A DNA stretch of 64,000 nt from an uncultured Nanoarchaeota archaeon. Its GTDB lineage: Archaea; Nanobdellota; Nanobdellia; Pacearchaeales; GW2011-AR1. A program made the position numbers and the translations under genes. The stretch covers positions 34,974 through 98,973 of the forward strand of contig CAVZZS010000011.1 in assembly GCA_963779925.1 (NCBI GenBank), written 5' to 3'. Positions 54,409 to 63,690 of the stretch are shown here, one piece after another; within the stretch, counting starts at the first letter, position 1; every line of letters begins with the position of its first letter. The notes under the pieces are model-generated. The model did not search any database. It had not been told where the DNA came from and saw nothing but the letters and a program-made list of their open reading frames with translations.

Positions 54409-56034
54409 CTATTTTTTCAATAATTTCTTTATGTCTTCATCTTTTATCTTATTACGTATCTGTCTCAAGATGAATCCTTTTCCAGAAATTATCTCTTTTA
54501 ATAATCCGAAAGAATATACTAGCAGTTTCAGAGGCTTATTCTTTCTAGAATATAGCTCCCTGTGGAAAGAAGAAAGGAAGAGGCCCAATTCCTTAGAAAA
54601 TTCAGGATTGTTGAAGAATCCTCTCCTGAATTTTGAAATACTAACTAGGGGTATTGAAACAAAGGCGGCATTATCATTATTAACAAAATTGATTATCCCC
54701 GATAAATAAGATTTTTTTATCATTTCAAAATTGTCGATAAAAAACTTTTTTGAGACTATTATTTGGTTTATGTCTAAAAGAGGCTTATAATCTCTGCTTG
54801 GATCTAATCCAAGTGGGCAATATTTGAATCGAGCATAATCCCCAAGAATATTAGACCGAATAAAATAGTCACAGCAACCGATTTGTTTTTTATTTTTTAT
54901 AAGGGAGTATATTTGAAGATAATCTTTAAATTGATTTTTTATTACAGAACCTTTTGAAAAAGAAATAAATTCTGCATTTTTTATTTCATCAAATATTTTC
55001 TCCTTAGATAAATTCATTGCTCTTTCATTTAAATTTATTATTGGAGAGTTTAATTTTGGAATAGCTATATGTATTTTTTCTCGGTTATATGTGTCCTGTA
55101 TTATCTTTTTAATGTTCTTTTCAAAATCAAATTTTGATTTTACTTTATTGTAGGCTTCAGTAGCAATCTTTTCCCTTTCCTTATCAGATTTTAAATAATA
55201 GATTATTTTTTTAAATAAATCTTCTTTATCTTTAAAGAGGATTATCTCCTTGCCTTCCTTAAATAATTCCAATAAATGTGGATCATCTTCAACCAGTGAA
55301 AAGGACTTGCATTCACTGATTTCAAGAAATCTCCCTTTCATTCCCGGAGCGCCAAAAACATTTTTTGAAAAACATAAATTTATTTTAGTCTGTGCAATTG
55401 TTTTTTGATAATCCTCCGGTGGAAGAACACCTCCATAAATTCCCCTTAATTCTGGATATTTATCCCAATTATAGCCAAAAATCTTAAGATTAATCCCTTT
55501 TTTATAAAGATACTCCAGCATCTCTTCTCTATCTGCTTTGGGAGTTCCAATAAAACAGACATCATAAATTTTGTCAAAGTTTATCAATTTAGTTGGCTTG
55601 GTCTGTATTATAAAAAAAAGATTTTTCAGCCCATCTTTTTTATAAGCGGGAATAAAATTGCTGTGTGCTATAAATAAATAATCAAAGAACAGGCCGAGAT
55701 ATCTAACTTCATCAAATTCTACATCGTCATCTCCCGAAAAGAAAAAACTTAGTGTTTTGGGAGAAATCTGTCTTAAGTTTGTAAGCATTATTGGGAGGTC
55801 TAGATCATAATAGAGACTATCAAACATAAATAAAAAGTCTGGTTTTTCTGCTTCAAGTCTTTTAAGCAAAAGTCTTTCAGTTTCTTCTCTTCCATAATTA
55901 AAATATAAGTCTTGAAGATTTATCCAAATCAGCTCCTTGCAGCTATCTCTTAATGGTTTTTCCCAGAAATGGTTCGGATAATTTCTTTGATCAGTTACTG
56001 TTATAACAATAATTTTTTGAGGCAGAATCATCAT
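54409..56034 (-). CDS. CgeB-like/DUF3880 glycosyltransferase-family protein
   Basis: 541 aa. The central region GRFLEISECKSFSLVEDDPHLLELFKEGKEIILFKDKEDLFKKIIYYLKSDKEREKIA resembles the CgeB/Glyco_trans_1_2 C-terminus. It is the opposite-strand gene inside the sugar island. Confidence 0.45.
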   Translation of the reverse strand: MMILPQKIIVITVTDQRNYPNHFWEKPLRDSCKELIWINLQDLYFNYGREETERLLLKRLEAEKPDFLFMFDSLYYDLDLPIMLTNLRQISPKTLSFFFSGDDDVEFDEVRYLGLFFDYLFIAHSNFIPAYKKDGLKNLFFIIQTKPTKLINFDKIYDVCFIGTPKADREEMLEYLYKKGINLKIFGYNWDKYPELRGIYGGVLPPEDYQKTIAQTKINLCFSKNVFGAPGMKGRFLEISECKSFSLVEDDPHLLELFKEGKEIILFKDKEDLFKKIIYYLKSDKEREKIATEAYNKVKSKFDFEKNIKKIIQDTYNREKIHIAIPKLNSPIINLNERAMNLSKEKIFDEIKNAEFISFSKGSVIKNQFKDYLQIYSLIKNKKQIGCCDYFIRSNILGDYARFKYCPLGLDPSRDYKPLLDINQIIVSKKFFIDNFEMIKKSYLSGIINFVNNDNAAFVSIPLVSISKFRRGFFNNPEFSKELGLFLSSFHRELYSRKNKPLKLLVYSFGLLKEIISGKGFILRQIRNKIKDEDIKKLLKK

Positions 56035-56136
56035 AAGTTAAGATAAAATATGCCTTTTTTAAAGTTTTATTTGATATAACTTATGGATATACTTGATTAT
56101 AACAAACCTTAAATAGGATATTAAAGGGGAATAAAT

Positions 56137-57120
56137 ATGGGTAAAGACAGCGTACTGATTACAGGAGGAGCAGGATATTTAGGTTCTGTCACTGCAGGCC
56201 ATTTATTGAGTAAGGGTTATCAAGTAACTTGTTTAGACAATTTTAGTATTGAAGGCTCAAAAACTTCCCTCTTGCATCTTGTTCACAATCCAAAATTTGA
56301 TTTTGTATTTGGTGATGTAAGGGATAGGCGAACTCTAGAAAGTTTGATTCCTAAATTTGACACTATAATCCCTCTCGCAGCTATTGTCGGATTTCCCCAA
56401 TGCAAGCAAAATCCAGTTGATGCAGAGTTAACAAACAGAGATGCTGTAATAAATACAAATAATATTAGGACAACATACCAGAAATTAATTTATCCTACTA
56501 CAAACAGTGGTTATGGAACGACAACAGGAGAAGTTTTCTGCTCCGAAGAAACTCCGCTAAATCCAATATCCATTTATGGTAAAACAAAAGTCGAGGCGGA
56601 AATGGCATTATTTAACGGAGATAAAGGAGTAATAACCTTAAGATTAGCAACTCTATTTGGAATGTCTCCACGAATGAGGACGGATCTTCTTGTAAATTAT
56701 TTTGTATTCAAAGCTGTTACTGATGGTAATTTGGTTGTTTATCAAAAAGATTTCATGAGAAATTTTGCTCCTGTCTCAGATGTCGCAAGATGCTTTGAGC
56801 ATTGCATAGAAAATTATGAACAAATGCGAACCAGGCCAGATGACCGCGAATCAGATCCTTTTCACGGCTGCTATAATGTTGGGTTAGATAGTGCAAATTT
56901 GTCAAAACAGCAACTTTGTGAAGAGATTCAAAGGCAAGTACCTGGATTTATTGTTGACTACAAAGAGATAGATAAAGATCCTGACAAAAGAAATTACATT
57001 GTATCAAATGAAAGATTAAACAAAACCGGATTCGTATTTAATCAAACATTACAGGGGGGAATTGCGGAATTAATCCGTGGTTACAGAGTAATGTTCGGCG
57101 GGACCATTTTCAGACAATAA
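56137..57120 (+). CDS. NAD-dependent nucleotide-sugar epimerase/dehydratase (extended SDR)
   Basis: ITGGAGYLGS Rossmann motif and SIYGKTK catalytic YxxxK. Confidence 0.7.
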   Translation: MGKDSVLITGGAGYLGSVTAGHLLSKGYQVTCLDNFSIEGSKTSLLHLVHNPKFDFVFGDVRDRRTLESLIPKFDTIIPLAAIVGFPQCKQNPVDAELTNRDAVINTNNIRTTYQKLIYPTTNSGYGTTTGEVFCSEETPLNPISIYGKTKVEAEMALFNGDKGVITLRLATLFGMSPRMRTDLLVNYFVFKAVTDGNLVVYQKDFMRNFAPVSDVARCFEHCIENYEQMRTRPDDRESDPFHGCYNVGLDSANLSKQQLCEEIQRQVPGFIVDYKEIDKDPDKRNYIVSNERLNKTGFVFNQTLQGGIAELIRGYRVMFGGTIFRQ

Positions 57121-57127
57121 TTCTAAA

Positions 57128-57685
57128 ATGAATAGGGCAATTTTCCTTGATAGGGATGGAGTTATATGCAAAGAGACTAATTTATTCTATAAAGGCCATC
57201 CTATAACTAAACTCGAACACTTTGAATGGGAAGAAAGATCCAAAGAAGCACTGCAAAAACTTTCATCCCTAGACTTTCTTCTAGTAATGATTACAAATCA
57301 GGCTCAAATAAATCGAGGACTTCTAACTGCAGAAGGCTTACAAGAGATAAATAAACCAATTTATGATGAATTGCGAAAATATGGCCGAAGCTTAGATGGT
57401 TTCTATTTCTGCCCTCATAGGCCTGAAGAAAATTGCGGGTGCCGAAAGCCTAAATTAGGATTAGTAAAAAAAGCACAGCAAGAATTAAGCTTAGATTTGA
57501 ATAATAGCTGGTTTTGCGGAGATACAACTTCAGATATCAAGACTGGCAAGGATGCAGGATGTAAAACTATTCTGGTTCAAACAGGATACTCTGGTAGAGA
57601 TGGCCAATTCGAGGTTCAGCCTGATTTTATAGTAAAAGATTTAATGGATGCTTATAATTTAATACAAGATGAATATAGAAAATAA
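57128..57685 (+). CDS. gmhB: D,D-heptose 1,7-bisphosphate phosphatase (HAD-IIIA, GmhB-like)
   Basis: FLDRDGVI (HAD motif I), CPHRPEENCGCRKP zinc motif typical of GmhB, and GDTTSD. Confidence 0.75.
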   Translation: MNRAIFLDRDGVICKETNLFYKGHPITKLEHFEWEERSKEALQKLSSLDFLLVMITNQAQINRGLLTAEGLQEINKPIYDELRKYGRSLDGFYFCPHRPEENCGCRKPKLGLVKKAQQELSLDLNNSWFCGDTTSDIKTGKDAGCKTILVQTGYSGRDGQFEVQPDFIVKDLMDAYNLIQDEYRK

Positions 57686-59708
57686 GGCTTTGATTTTGGC
57701 AGGAGGATTAGGAACACGATTAAGAAGCTTAGTTAGCGATCTCCCAAAATCTATGGCTTCGGTTGCGGGCAAACCTTTCTTAGATCATCAAATCAGATAC
57801 TTGAGAGACCAGGGAGTTAGAGAATTTGTTTTAGCAGTTTATTACATGAAAGATGCGGTAGAATCATATTTAGGAGACGGCAGAAGAATGGGAGTAGATA
57901 TAACTTATTCTGAAGAAGAGACTCCTCTTGGCACTGCAGGCGCAATCAAAAATGCTGAAAGATATCTTCAAGGCAACGATTTTTTTGTATTTAACGGCGA
58001 TTCCTACAGTAATCTAGACCTAAAACAATTTTTAGAATATCACAAAGAAAAAGGAAGCAACTTTACAATCGGTCTGGCAAAATCTGAAGAGACTTCGAGA
58101 TATGGAACAGTAACCTTAGAAGATGGAAAGATAACAGATTTCTTTGAAAAAAGAAAGTCTGACAACAGCGGACTTATTAACGTCGGCGTTTATCTTTTTA
58201 ATCCTAGAATATTCGAAGCAATTGAATCTGGAAAAATAGTTTCCCTCGAAAAAGAAGTCTTTCCAAAATTAGCAGAAGAAGGAAAACTATATGGCTATGT
58301 CCATAGCGGCTATCATATCGATATCGGGATTCCTGAAGGCTTTCATAAATTTAGGAGAGATGTTCTAGAAAGAATAGTATTAGGCAAAGATGATAATCTA
58401 AGAATGGCAATGAAAAAGATAAGCGAAAGCGGGATAAATCTTGTCTTAGTTGTAGATAATAATAGAAGGTTATTGGGAGTAGCCAATAACGGGATAATAA
58501 TGGAATATATTCTGAAGGGGGGCAACTTAGATGATAACCTTGAACAATTTATGATTAGAGACCCTGTTGTTGCAAGAAGTTCAGATGATGAAGACCAGAT
58601 TTATGCACTTATTTCTTCCGGAATAAATCATGTTCCTATATTGGACGAAAATGGGAGGGTATCTGATGTTAGATTTCGCTCTGAAGAGGTTAAGAGAGAA
58701 ACATTTCCTACTCTGCAAGGAAAGGCACCTTTGAGAATAAGTTTTGCCGGGGGCGGAACAGACTTGCCTTATTTTTTTGAAAAACATGGCGGAGTCGTTA
58801 TAAATGCAACAATTGATAAATATTGCTATGCAACAGTTCAAAAAAGAGCCGATAAAAAAATCTTAATCAGTTCAGATTTGGAAGAAGAGGTTTTGCTAAA
58901 TTCTGGAGAGCTTCATTATGATGGAAATTTCGATTTGATAAAGGCAATCACCCAAGTACTAAAACCTTCTTTCGGTTTTGATATTTATTTGCATAGTGAT
59001 TTACCCGCTGGCAGAGGATTAGGTTCATCTGCAAGCTTGGGCGTGCTCACTACAAAATTGATTAGCGAACTAGCAGGGTCTAAATTAGGCGATGATGAAT
59101 TGGCGAAGATTGCTTACCGTGCTGAGACTGAAGAGTTAGGAATAAAGGGAGGATGGCAAGACCAACATGCCACAGTAATGGGGGGATTCGGATTTATGGA
59201 ATTTAACAAAGACGGGACAATTGTTTATCCGCTAAGATTAAAGGAAGACGTCATTAATGAGTTCAACAATCATCTGCTCTTGTGCTCCGTCGGCAGTTCT
59301 CATTTTTCCGGAAATCAGCATAAAGCCCAAGAAGAAAGTTTTCATGAGAAAGAAGATGAAACTCTTTTAAGACTTAATAGCATGAAAGAAGATGCTGTAA
59401 ATATTCGCGATTGCTTACTAACCGGAAATCTGGGGAAAATTGGCGAATTGTTAAATAAGTCTTGGGAAAGCAAGAAGAAACTAAGTAATATCATCTCAAG
59501 CCCAAGAATTGACGAGTTATATCAAGCAGGCCTCAGTAATGGCGCTACTGGCGGAAAATTATTGGGCGCAGGTGGCGGAGGATATCTTTTGTTCTTTTAT
59601 TCTCCTAGGAAAAGAAAGCAATTAAGAGGTGCATTAGAAAATAAGGGCGGAGAAATAGTTGATTTTAATTTTGAATTTGGTGGGGCAAAAAGTTGGAGAA
59701 TTGATTAA
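57669..59708 (+). CDS. tri-domain fusion: sugar-1-phosphate nucleotidyltransferase (HddC/ManC-like) + CBS pair + GHMP sugar kinase (HddA/fucokinase-like)
   Basis: N-terminal LILAGGLGTRLRSL...GKPFLDH nucleotidyltransferase. A central CBS pair (INLVLVVDNNRRLLGV..., INHVPILDENGRV). C-terminal ISFAGGGTDLPYFFEKHGG and PAGRGLGSSASLGV GHMP motifs. Confidence 0.7.
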   Translation: MNIENKALILAGGLGTRLRSLVSDLPKSMASVAGKPFLDHQIRYLRDQGVREFVLAVYYMKDAVESYLGDGRRMGVDITYSEEETPLGTAGAIKNAERYLQGNDFFVFNGDSYSNLDLKQFLEYHKEKGSNFTIGLAKSEETSRYGTVTLEDGKITDFFEKRKSDNSGLINVGVYLFNPRIFEAIESGKIVSLEKEVFPKLAEEGKLYGYVHSGYHIDIGIPEGFHKFRRDVLERIVLGKDDNLRMAMKKISESGINLVLVVDNNRRLLGVANNGIIMEYILKGGNLDDNLEQFMIRDPVVARSSDDEDQIYALISSGINHVPILDENGRVSDVRFRSEEVKRETFPTLQGKAPLRISFAGGGTDLPYFFEKHGGVVINATIDKYCYATVQKRADKKILISSDLEEEVLLNSGELHYDGNFDLIKAITQVLKPSFGFDIYLHSDLPAGRGLGSSASLGVLTTKLISELAGSKLGDDELAKIAYRAETEELGIKGGWQDQHATVMGGFGFMEFNKDGTIVYPLRLKEDVINEFNNHLLLCSVGSSHFSGNQHKAQEESFHEKEDETLLRLNSMKEDAVNIRDCLLTGNLGKIGELLNKSWESKKKLSNIISSPRIDELYQAGLSNGATGGKLLGAGGGGYLLFFYSPRKRKQLRGALENKGGEIVDFNFEFGGAKSWRID

Positions 59709-59729
59709 TTTGTTTAATAAGAAATAATA

Positions 59730-60689
59730 TTAAAATAGAGCGGGATTTTCTTCACACCACTCAATAGTTTTGGCAAGACCCTCTTCCAAACTATGAAGTT
59801 TATTCTTAACAGTCCATCCGATTTCTCTCTTCGCTTTTTCGATATTCAACACCTTACGTTTTACTCCTACGAATTTATCAGTGTTGTATACTATATCTCC
59901 TTCAAATCCAGAAACTTTCTTTATTGTTTCTGCAAGTTCTCTTACAGTAATCTCTTGACCTGTTCCAATATTCAATAAATCACCTTCATAATCCTGGGCT
60001 GCCATTAATAGTCCTGTAAGCTGATCTTTAACATAAATTACTTCTCTTGTCTGAGTACCATCCCCCCAAACTTCTACTTCTTTTTCATTATTATTTCTAG
60101 CTTTTACAAATTTTGCAATTAGAGCACTTACAACATGGGCCGTCTCTAGTTTGAAATCATCATGAGGACCATAAAGGGTTGCAAAAATAGGCATTGTTCC
60201 TTTCAATCCATATTGGTCCTTGTATGCTTTTATGCCTACTCCTAAAAGCTTTTTTGTTGCACCATAAGCATAAACACTAGGATGCAATGGCCCTTTATCA
60301 ACATCTTCTTCAGCTAATACCGGAATATCACCAGGAAAACTGCAACTGCTTCCAACTCCAATGAATTTTGCCTGAGGCTGATATTTTCTCCAAGCCTCTA
60401 AGGTGTTTACATGAATAAGACTATTTGTGTAAAGCTGGACTCCTGTGTGATGCATTGGCCAATCAGCGGCAGCCTGTAAAGCGGCCATGTGAATTATAAA
60501 ATCATATTTTTTCCCCTGAGCTTGCATAACTTTATCCGCTTCTTCTCCCCTAGTCAGATTAAACTCTTTAGAATGAAAAGTAAAATATTCTGCATCTAAT
60601 TGAGAAAGCATTTCTGTTAGATTCTTTCCAACAAAACTTGTTCCGCCTGTTATAAGGACTTTTTTGCCATTCCAATAGTCTGTATCCAT
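59730..60689 (-). CDS. fcl: GDP-L-fucose synthase (GDP-4-keto-6-deoxy-D-mannose 3,5-epimerase/4-reductase)
   Basis: KVLITGGTSFVGKNL, YAYGATKK catalytic YxxxK, LYGPHDDF and the overall GMER pattern. Confidence 0.8.
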   Translation of the reverse strand: MDTDYWNGKKVLITGGTSFVGKNLTEMLSQLDAEYFTFHSKEFNLTRGEEADKVMQAQGKKYDFIIHMAALQAAADWPMHHTGVQLYTNSLIHVNTLEAWRKYQPQAKFIGVGSSCSFPGDIPVLAEEDVDKGPLHPSVYAYGATKKLLGVGIKAYKDQYGLKGTMPIFATLYGPHDDFKLETAHVVSALIAKFVKARNNNEKEVEVWGDGTQTREVIYVKDQLTGLLMAAQDYEGDLLNIGTGQEITVRELAETIKKVSGFEGDIVYNTDKFVGVKRKVLNIEKAKREIGWTVKNKLHSLEEGLAKTIEWCEENPALF

Positions 60690-60750
60690 GAATTTTCACA
60701 GTTTTTTCCCTTTTTAAGATTATGTATAGTAAAAAAAGAAGTATTGGAAA

Positions 60751-61665
60751 TTATCCTAAAGCTAGTCTAATCCATTTGTTTGTACCATTTCCTGGACAAT
60801 AGAAAAGCCCAGTTGAGTTTCTCCCTATGCTACCATTACTCATTGAATCACAGAAAGGGAGAGTTGTTCTTGGAAGAGTAAGTAACCCATTTCCGGAAGT
60901 ATTCCCTGTAATAGATATGTTCCCTGTAGATACAATTATGCTTCTATTGAAGTTATTTATTCTGTTAATATAAGCAACAATTGATGAATTGCTATTCCAA
61001 TTAGGTTCATTTGAAGGAGGAGGATTTGTTGAGTTATAGAACCCAAATGGATTTGTTATTAGATAGTAAGATGAATTAATAACAGGTATATTAGTTAAAT
61101 GGCTACCATCTCCATAAAGTAATCCTGTAACATTCAAATTAGTTATTATAGCATTTGTAACAAATAAATTCGCGACTTGATTTATCAAAGTCCCAAGAGA
61201 ACTAAAGAAACCATTCAAAGCAAAAATATTTTGTCCAACTGTTAAATTATTTGTTATATTGACATTTTCAAATGTAGCATTTTGGGGAAGTGGATTAGGT
61301 TGAGAATAGGCTAGTCCATTCCCATTATTATATAATTCCTGAATTTCAGAAGCATCCAGTGTCCTGTTCCAAAAACCTACTTCATCTATTGAACCTATCC
61401 AAAGATTATTTACACCATCTAAAAAAGAACCTAATTTAATTTGATTGCTGCCCATAGAAAAGGGTGTTACTGTTCCAGAGTTAGATAGATTCCCGTCTAT
61501 ATAAAGACTTAATGTTGTTCCATCATAAGTTACAGTATAGAAGTGAAAATTTCCATCATTATAAGTTGTGCTTCCACCAGAATAAAAACCTGTCCCGGGC
61601 CCACTTGTTCCGGTCTCGACTCTTATCGAGTTATTTGAAGCTTTCCATAATTGTACATTGTTAAG
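60751..61665 (-). pseudogene. LamG/ConA-like lectin-domain surface protein lacking a start codon (N-terminally disrupted)
   Basis: The listed ORF 60751..61455 starts at an internal Met. The same frame is open upstream to a stop at 61666-61668 and encodes an intact LamG-like domain (FHFYTVTYDGTTLSLYIDGNLS...IDEVGFWNRTLDASEIQELYNNGNG). That 70-codon extension contains no ATG/GTG/TTG. Confidence 0.5.
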
Positions 61666-61713
61666 TTAAAGGGTGTTAGATAAGTTTAAAGATTATTATT
61701 CTTTATATTATTT

Positions 61714-62457
61714 ATGCCTGATTTACCTAAAATTGACATAGTAAAAGAATTAAAGGAAATATTTAAGAGAGGTTATATTAAATCCCTAAGGTCTAATGAT
61801 ACTGGAATTGGTTATACTTTAGAGACCTTGTTAAAAATTAAAGAGAATAATTCTGGAGAGCCAGATTTAATTTATAATGGTGTTTCTGCCGAACTTAAAT
61901 CTCAAAGAGAAAAGGCAACTTCTAAAGTAACTCTTATGACTAAAACTCCAAATTGGGAACCATTAAAACCAAGAGAAATTATAGAGAAATTTGGATATAA
62001 AGATATTCAAGGCAGACAAGGATTAAAGATAACATTAACAGCTAATAATTTTAATGCACAGGGTTTTAAGTTAGAAGTTAATAGAAAAACAAATAGATTA
62101 AACATCTTGCAAAAAAGTTATGGAGTTGTAGCTTATTTTGATATAAAAGAACTTATGAATAAGTTAAGCGAAAAAATCTATAAAAATTTAATATTAGTTT
62201 TAGCAGATAGCAAAAAGAAAGATGGAAAAGAATATTTTAGATATAATAAGGCAATTCTTTTGAAAGATTTAAGCGAAGAAGCATTTGAAAAATTGTTTAA
62301 TGATGGTTTAATAGTTTGGGAATTTAGAATGCATATACAACCTTGGGGTGCTGTCAGAGACCACGGACCTGGATTTAGGATAAGCAGAAACCACATAGAC
62401 AAGCTATATTCCGAGCATAAAGTTATTTTTGATGGCTCTAAATCTTCTGAAGAATAA
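61714..62457 (+). CDS. Type II restriction endonuclease candidate (PD-(D/E)xK)
   Basis: 247 aa. EPDLIYNGVSAELKS fits a PD...ExK catalytic motif. It is convergent with, and 20 bp 3'-overlapping, the adjacent DNA methyltransferase. It has lower GC than its surroundings. Confidence 0.5.
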   Translation: MPDLPKIDIVKELKEIFKRGYIKSLRSNDTGIGYTLETLLKIKENNSGEPDLIYNGVSAELKSQREKATSKVTLMTKTPNWEPLKPREIIEKFGYKDIQGRQGLKITLTANNFNAQGFKLEVNRKTNRLNILQKSYGVVAYFDIKELMNKLSEKIYKNLILVLADSKKKDGKEYFRYNKAILLKDLSEEAFEKLFNDGLIVWEFRMHIQPWGAVRDHGPGFRISRNHIDKLYSEHKVIFDGSKSSEE

Positions 62458-63688
62458 AGATATACTCATTACACATAGTTGTTGAGGTTTCTCCCTTAAC
62501 ATTTGTTGGTGAGTTAACACTCGGCATTCTTTTATTTGGTATTGCTCTTTGGTGTAATGCAACTTGTTTATACTTTCCGTGAGCCATAAACATTTCAGAC
62601 ATTATCTTATCTGTTGGGATATTAACACCTTTAACAGTTCTATTCCCTACAACAAAACAGACATAACCATCTTTAGCCAAAACTCTATTTAGCTGAATAA
62701 CTACTTTATCAAAATCTTCATAGAAGCTTAAAACTTCTCTTGCTCTCTTTTCGTCCTTTTCTGCAATTACTTTTATTATTCCTTTTAATGTTGGAGAATT
62801 AATTTTTACTTCTAAACTTTTAACAGCTTTTCCCCCAAGAAGTTTATTATCTAAACTGATTATATCTTCATAATCTAACCACTGCAAAGCCAACCTTGAA
62901 AACTGACCATAAGCAACAGTTGTTTTGCTATCTCCATATGGGGGAGAGGTTACAATTAAATCTATGCTGTTATCTTTTATAGGTAACTCATTCATAGAAC
63001 TGAATAGTTTTATTTCTGGTTTTAAATCAGTTTTAACATTTAGATATTGTTCCATTCCACTAATATTACTACTTGCTATTTTCTCAAACTCTCCTAAGAC
63101 GTCAGGATTATAATTTTCTAATTTTTCTTTATCCATTCTGTAAAGCTTGAACTCTTTGTTTCTGGTATTTGATACTTTCCTAACTGTTTCTGAAAATGCA
63201 ACTAAAAAGAAATCTTTAATATCCTTATTTTTAATCTGGTTAATTAAAGATTTGATAATAACCAATCTTTCGGTAACTTTATCTTTGAACCAAAAATCTA
63301 TATTTTTGAATTTTGGTGGTTCTGCAAAAAAAGGATTTTTTGGATTAATTATTTTATCTAATTCTTTTCTTAAAACATTTGCATTAATTGGGGTGGTCTT
63401 AACTTTTGAAATCAAGACGGCAAGAGGGTTTAAATCAAAACCATAAGCTTCTTTTATATGTGGAACTAAAGAAGCTTCAACTAAAGAGGTTCCAGAGCCA
63501 CAGAAAGGGTCTAAGAGAGTTTTAGCATTTTTACCATAAAGATAAATTAATCTTCTTGCTATTTGTGGTATCATCATAGCTGGATATGTATGAATATTAT
63601 GAGTATATTCTTTTGTATCTTCTCCCTTAAAATCCCAAGATGTAAAATTTTCTTGCTCTTTTTCCATAAGGATATATTGATTTTTCAT
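62438..63688 (-). CDS. DNA methyltransferase (amino-MTase, SPPY motif; N4-cytosine or N6-adenine)
   Basis: Motif I FCGSGTS near the N-terminus and motif IV LIVTSPPYGD about 180 aa later, giving an alpha-class order. It is paired with the REase candidate. Confidence 0.8.
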   Translation of the reverse strand: MKNQYILMEKEQENFTSWDFKGEDTKEYTHNIHTYPAMMIPQIARRLIYLYGKNAKTLLDPFCGSGTSLVEASLVPHIKEAYGFDLNPLAVLISKVKTTPINANVLRKELDKIINPKNPFFAEPPKFKNIDFWFKDKVTERLVIIKSLINQIKNKDIKDFFLVAFSETVRKVSNTRNKEFKLYRMDKEKLENYNPDVLGEFEKIASSNISGMEQYLNVKTDLKPEIKLFSSMNELPIKDNSIDLIVTSPPYGDSKTTVAYGQFSRLALQWLDYEDIISLDNKLLGGKAVKSLEVKINSPTLKGIIKVIAEKDEKRAREVLSFYEDFDKVVIQLNRVLAKDGYVCFVVGNRTVKGVNIPTDKIMSEMFMAHGKYKQVALHQRAIPNKRMPSVNSPTNVKGETSTTMCNEYIFILQKI

Positions 63689-63690
63689 TT

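Noticed and set aside
54350-54709. 119-aa + strand ORF downstream of the methyltransferase
   Set aside because: It is antisense to the C-terminus of the 541-aa CgeB-like gene and has an atypical composition.
59730-60689. Slightly higher GC of fcl as evidence of recent HGT
   Set aside because: The difference is small and within what a conserved enzyme would show. It needs codon-usage statistics I cannot compute reliably by eye.
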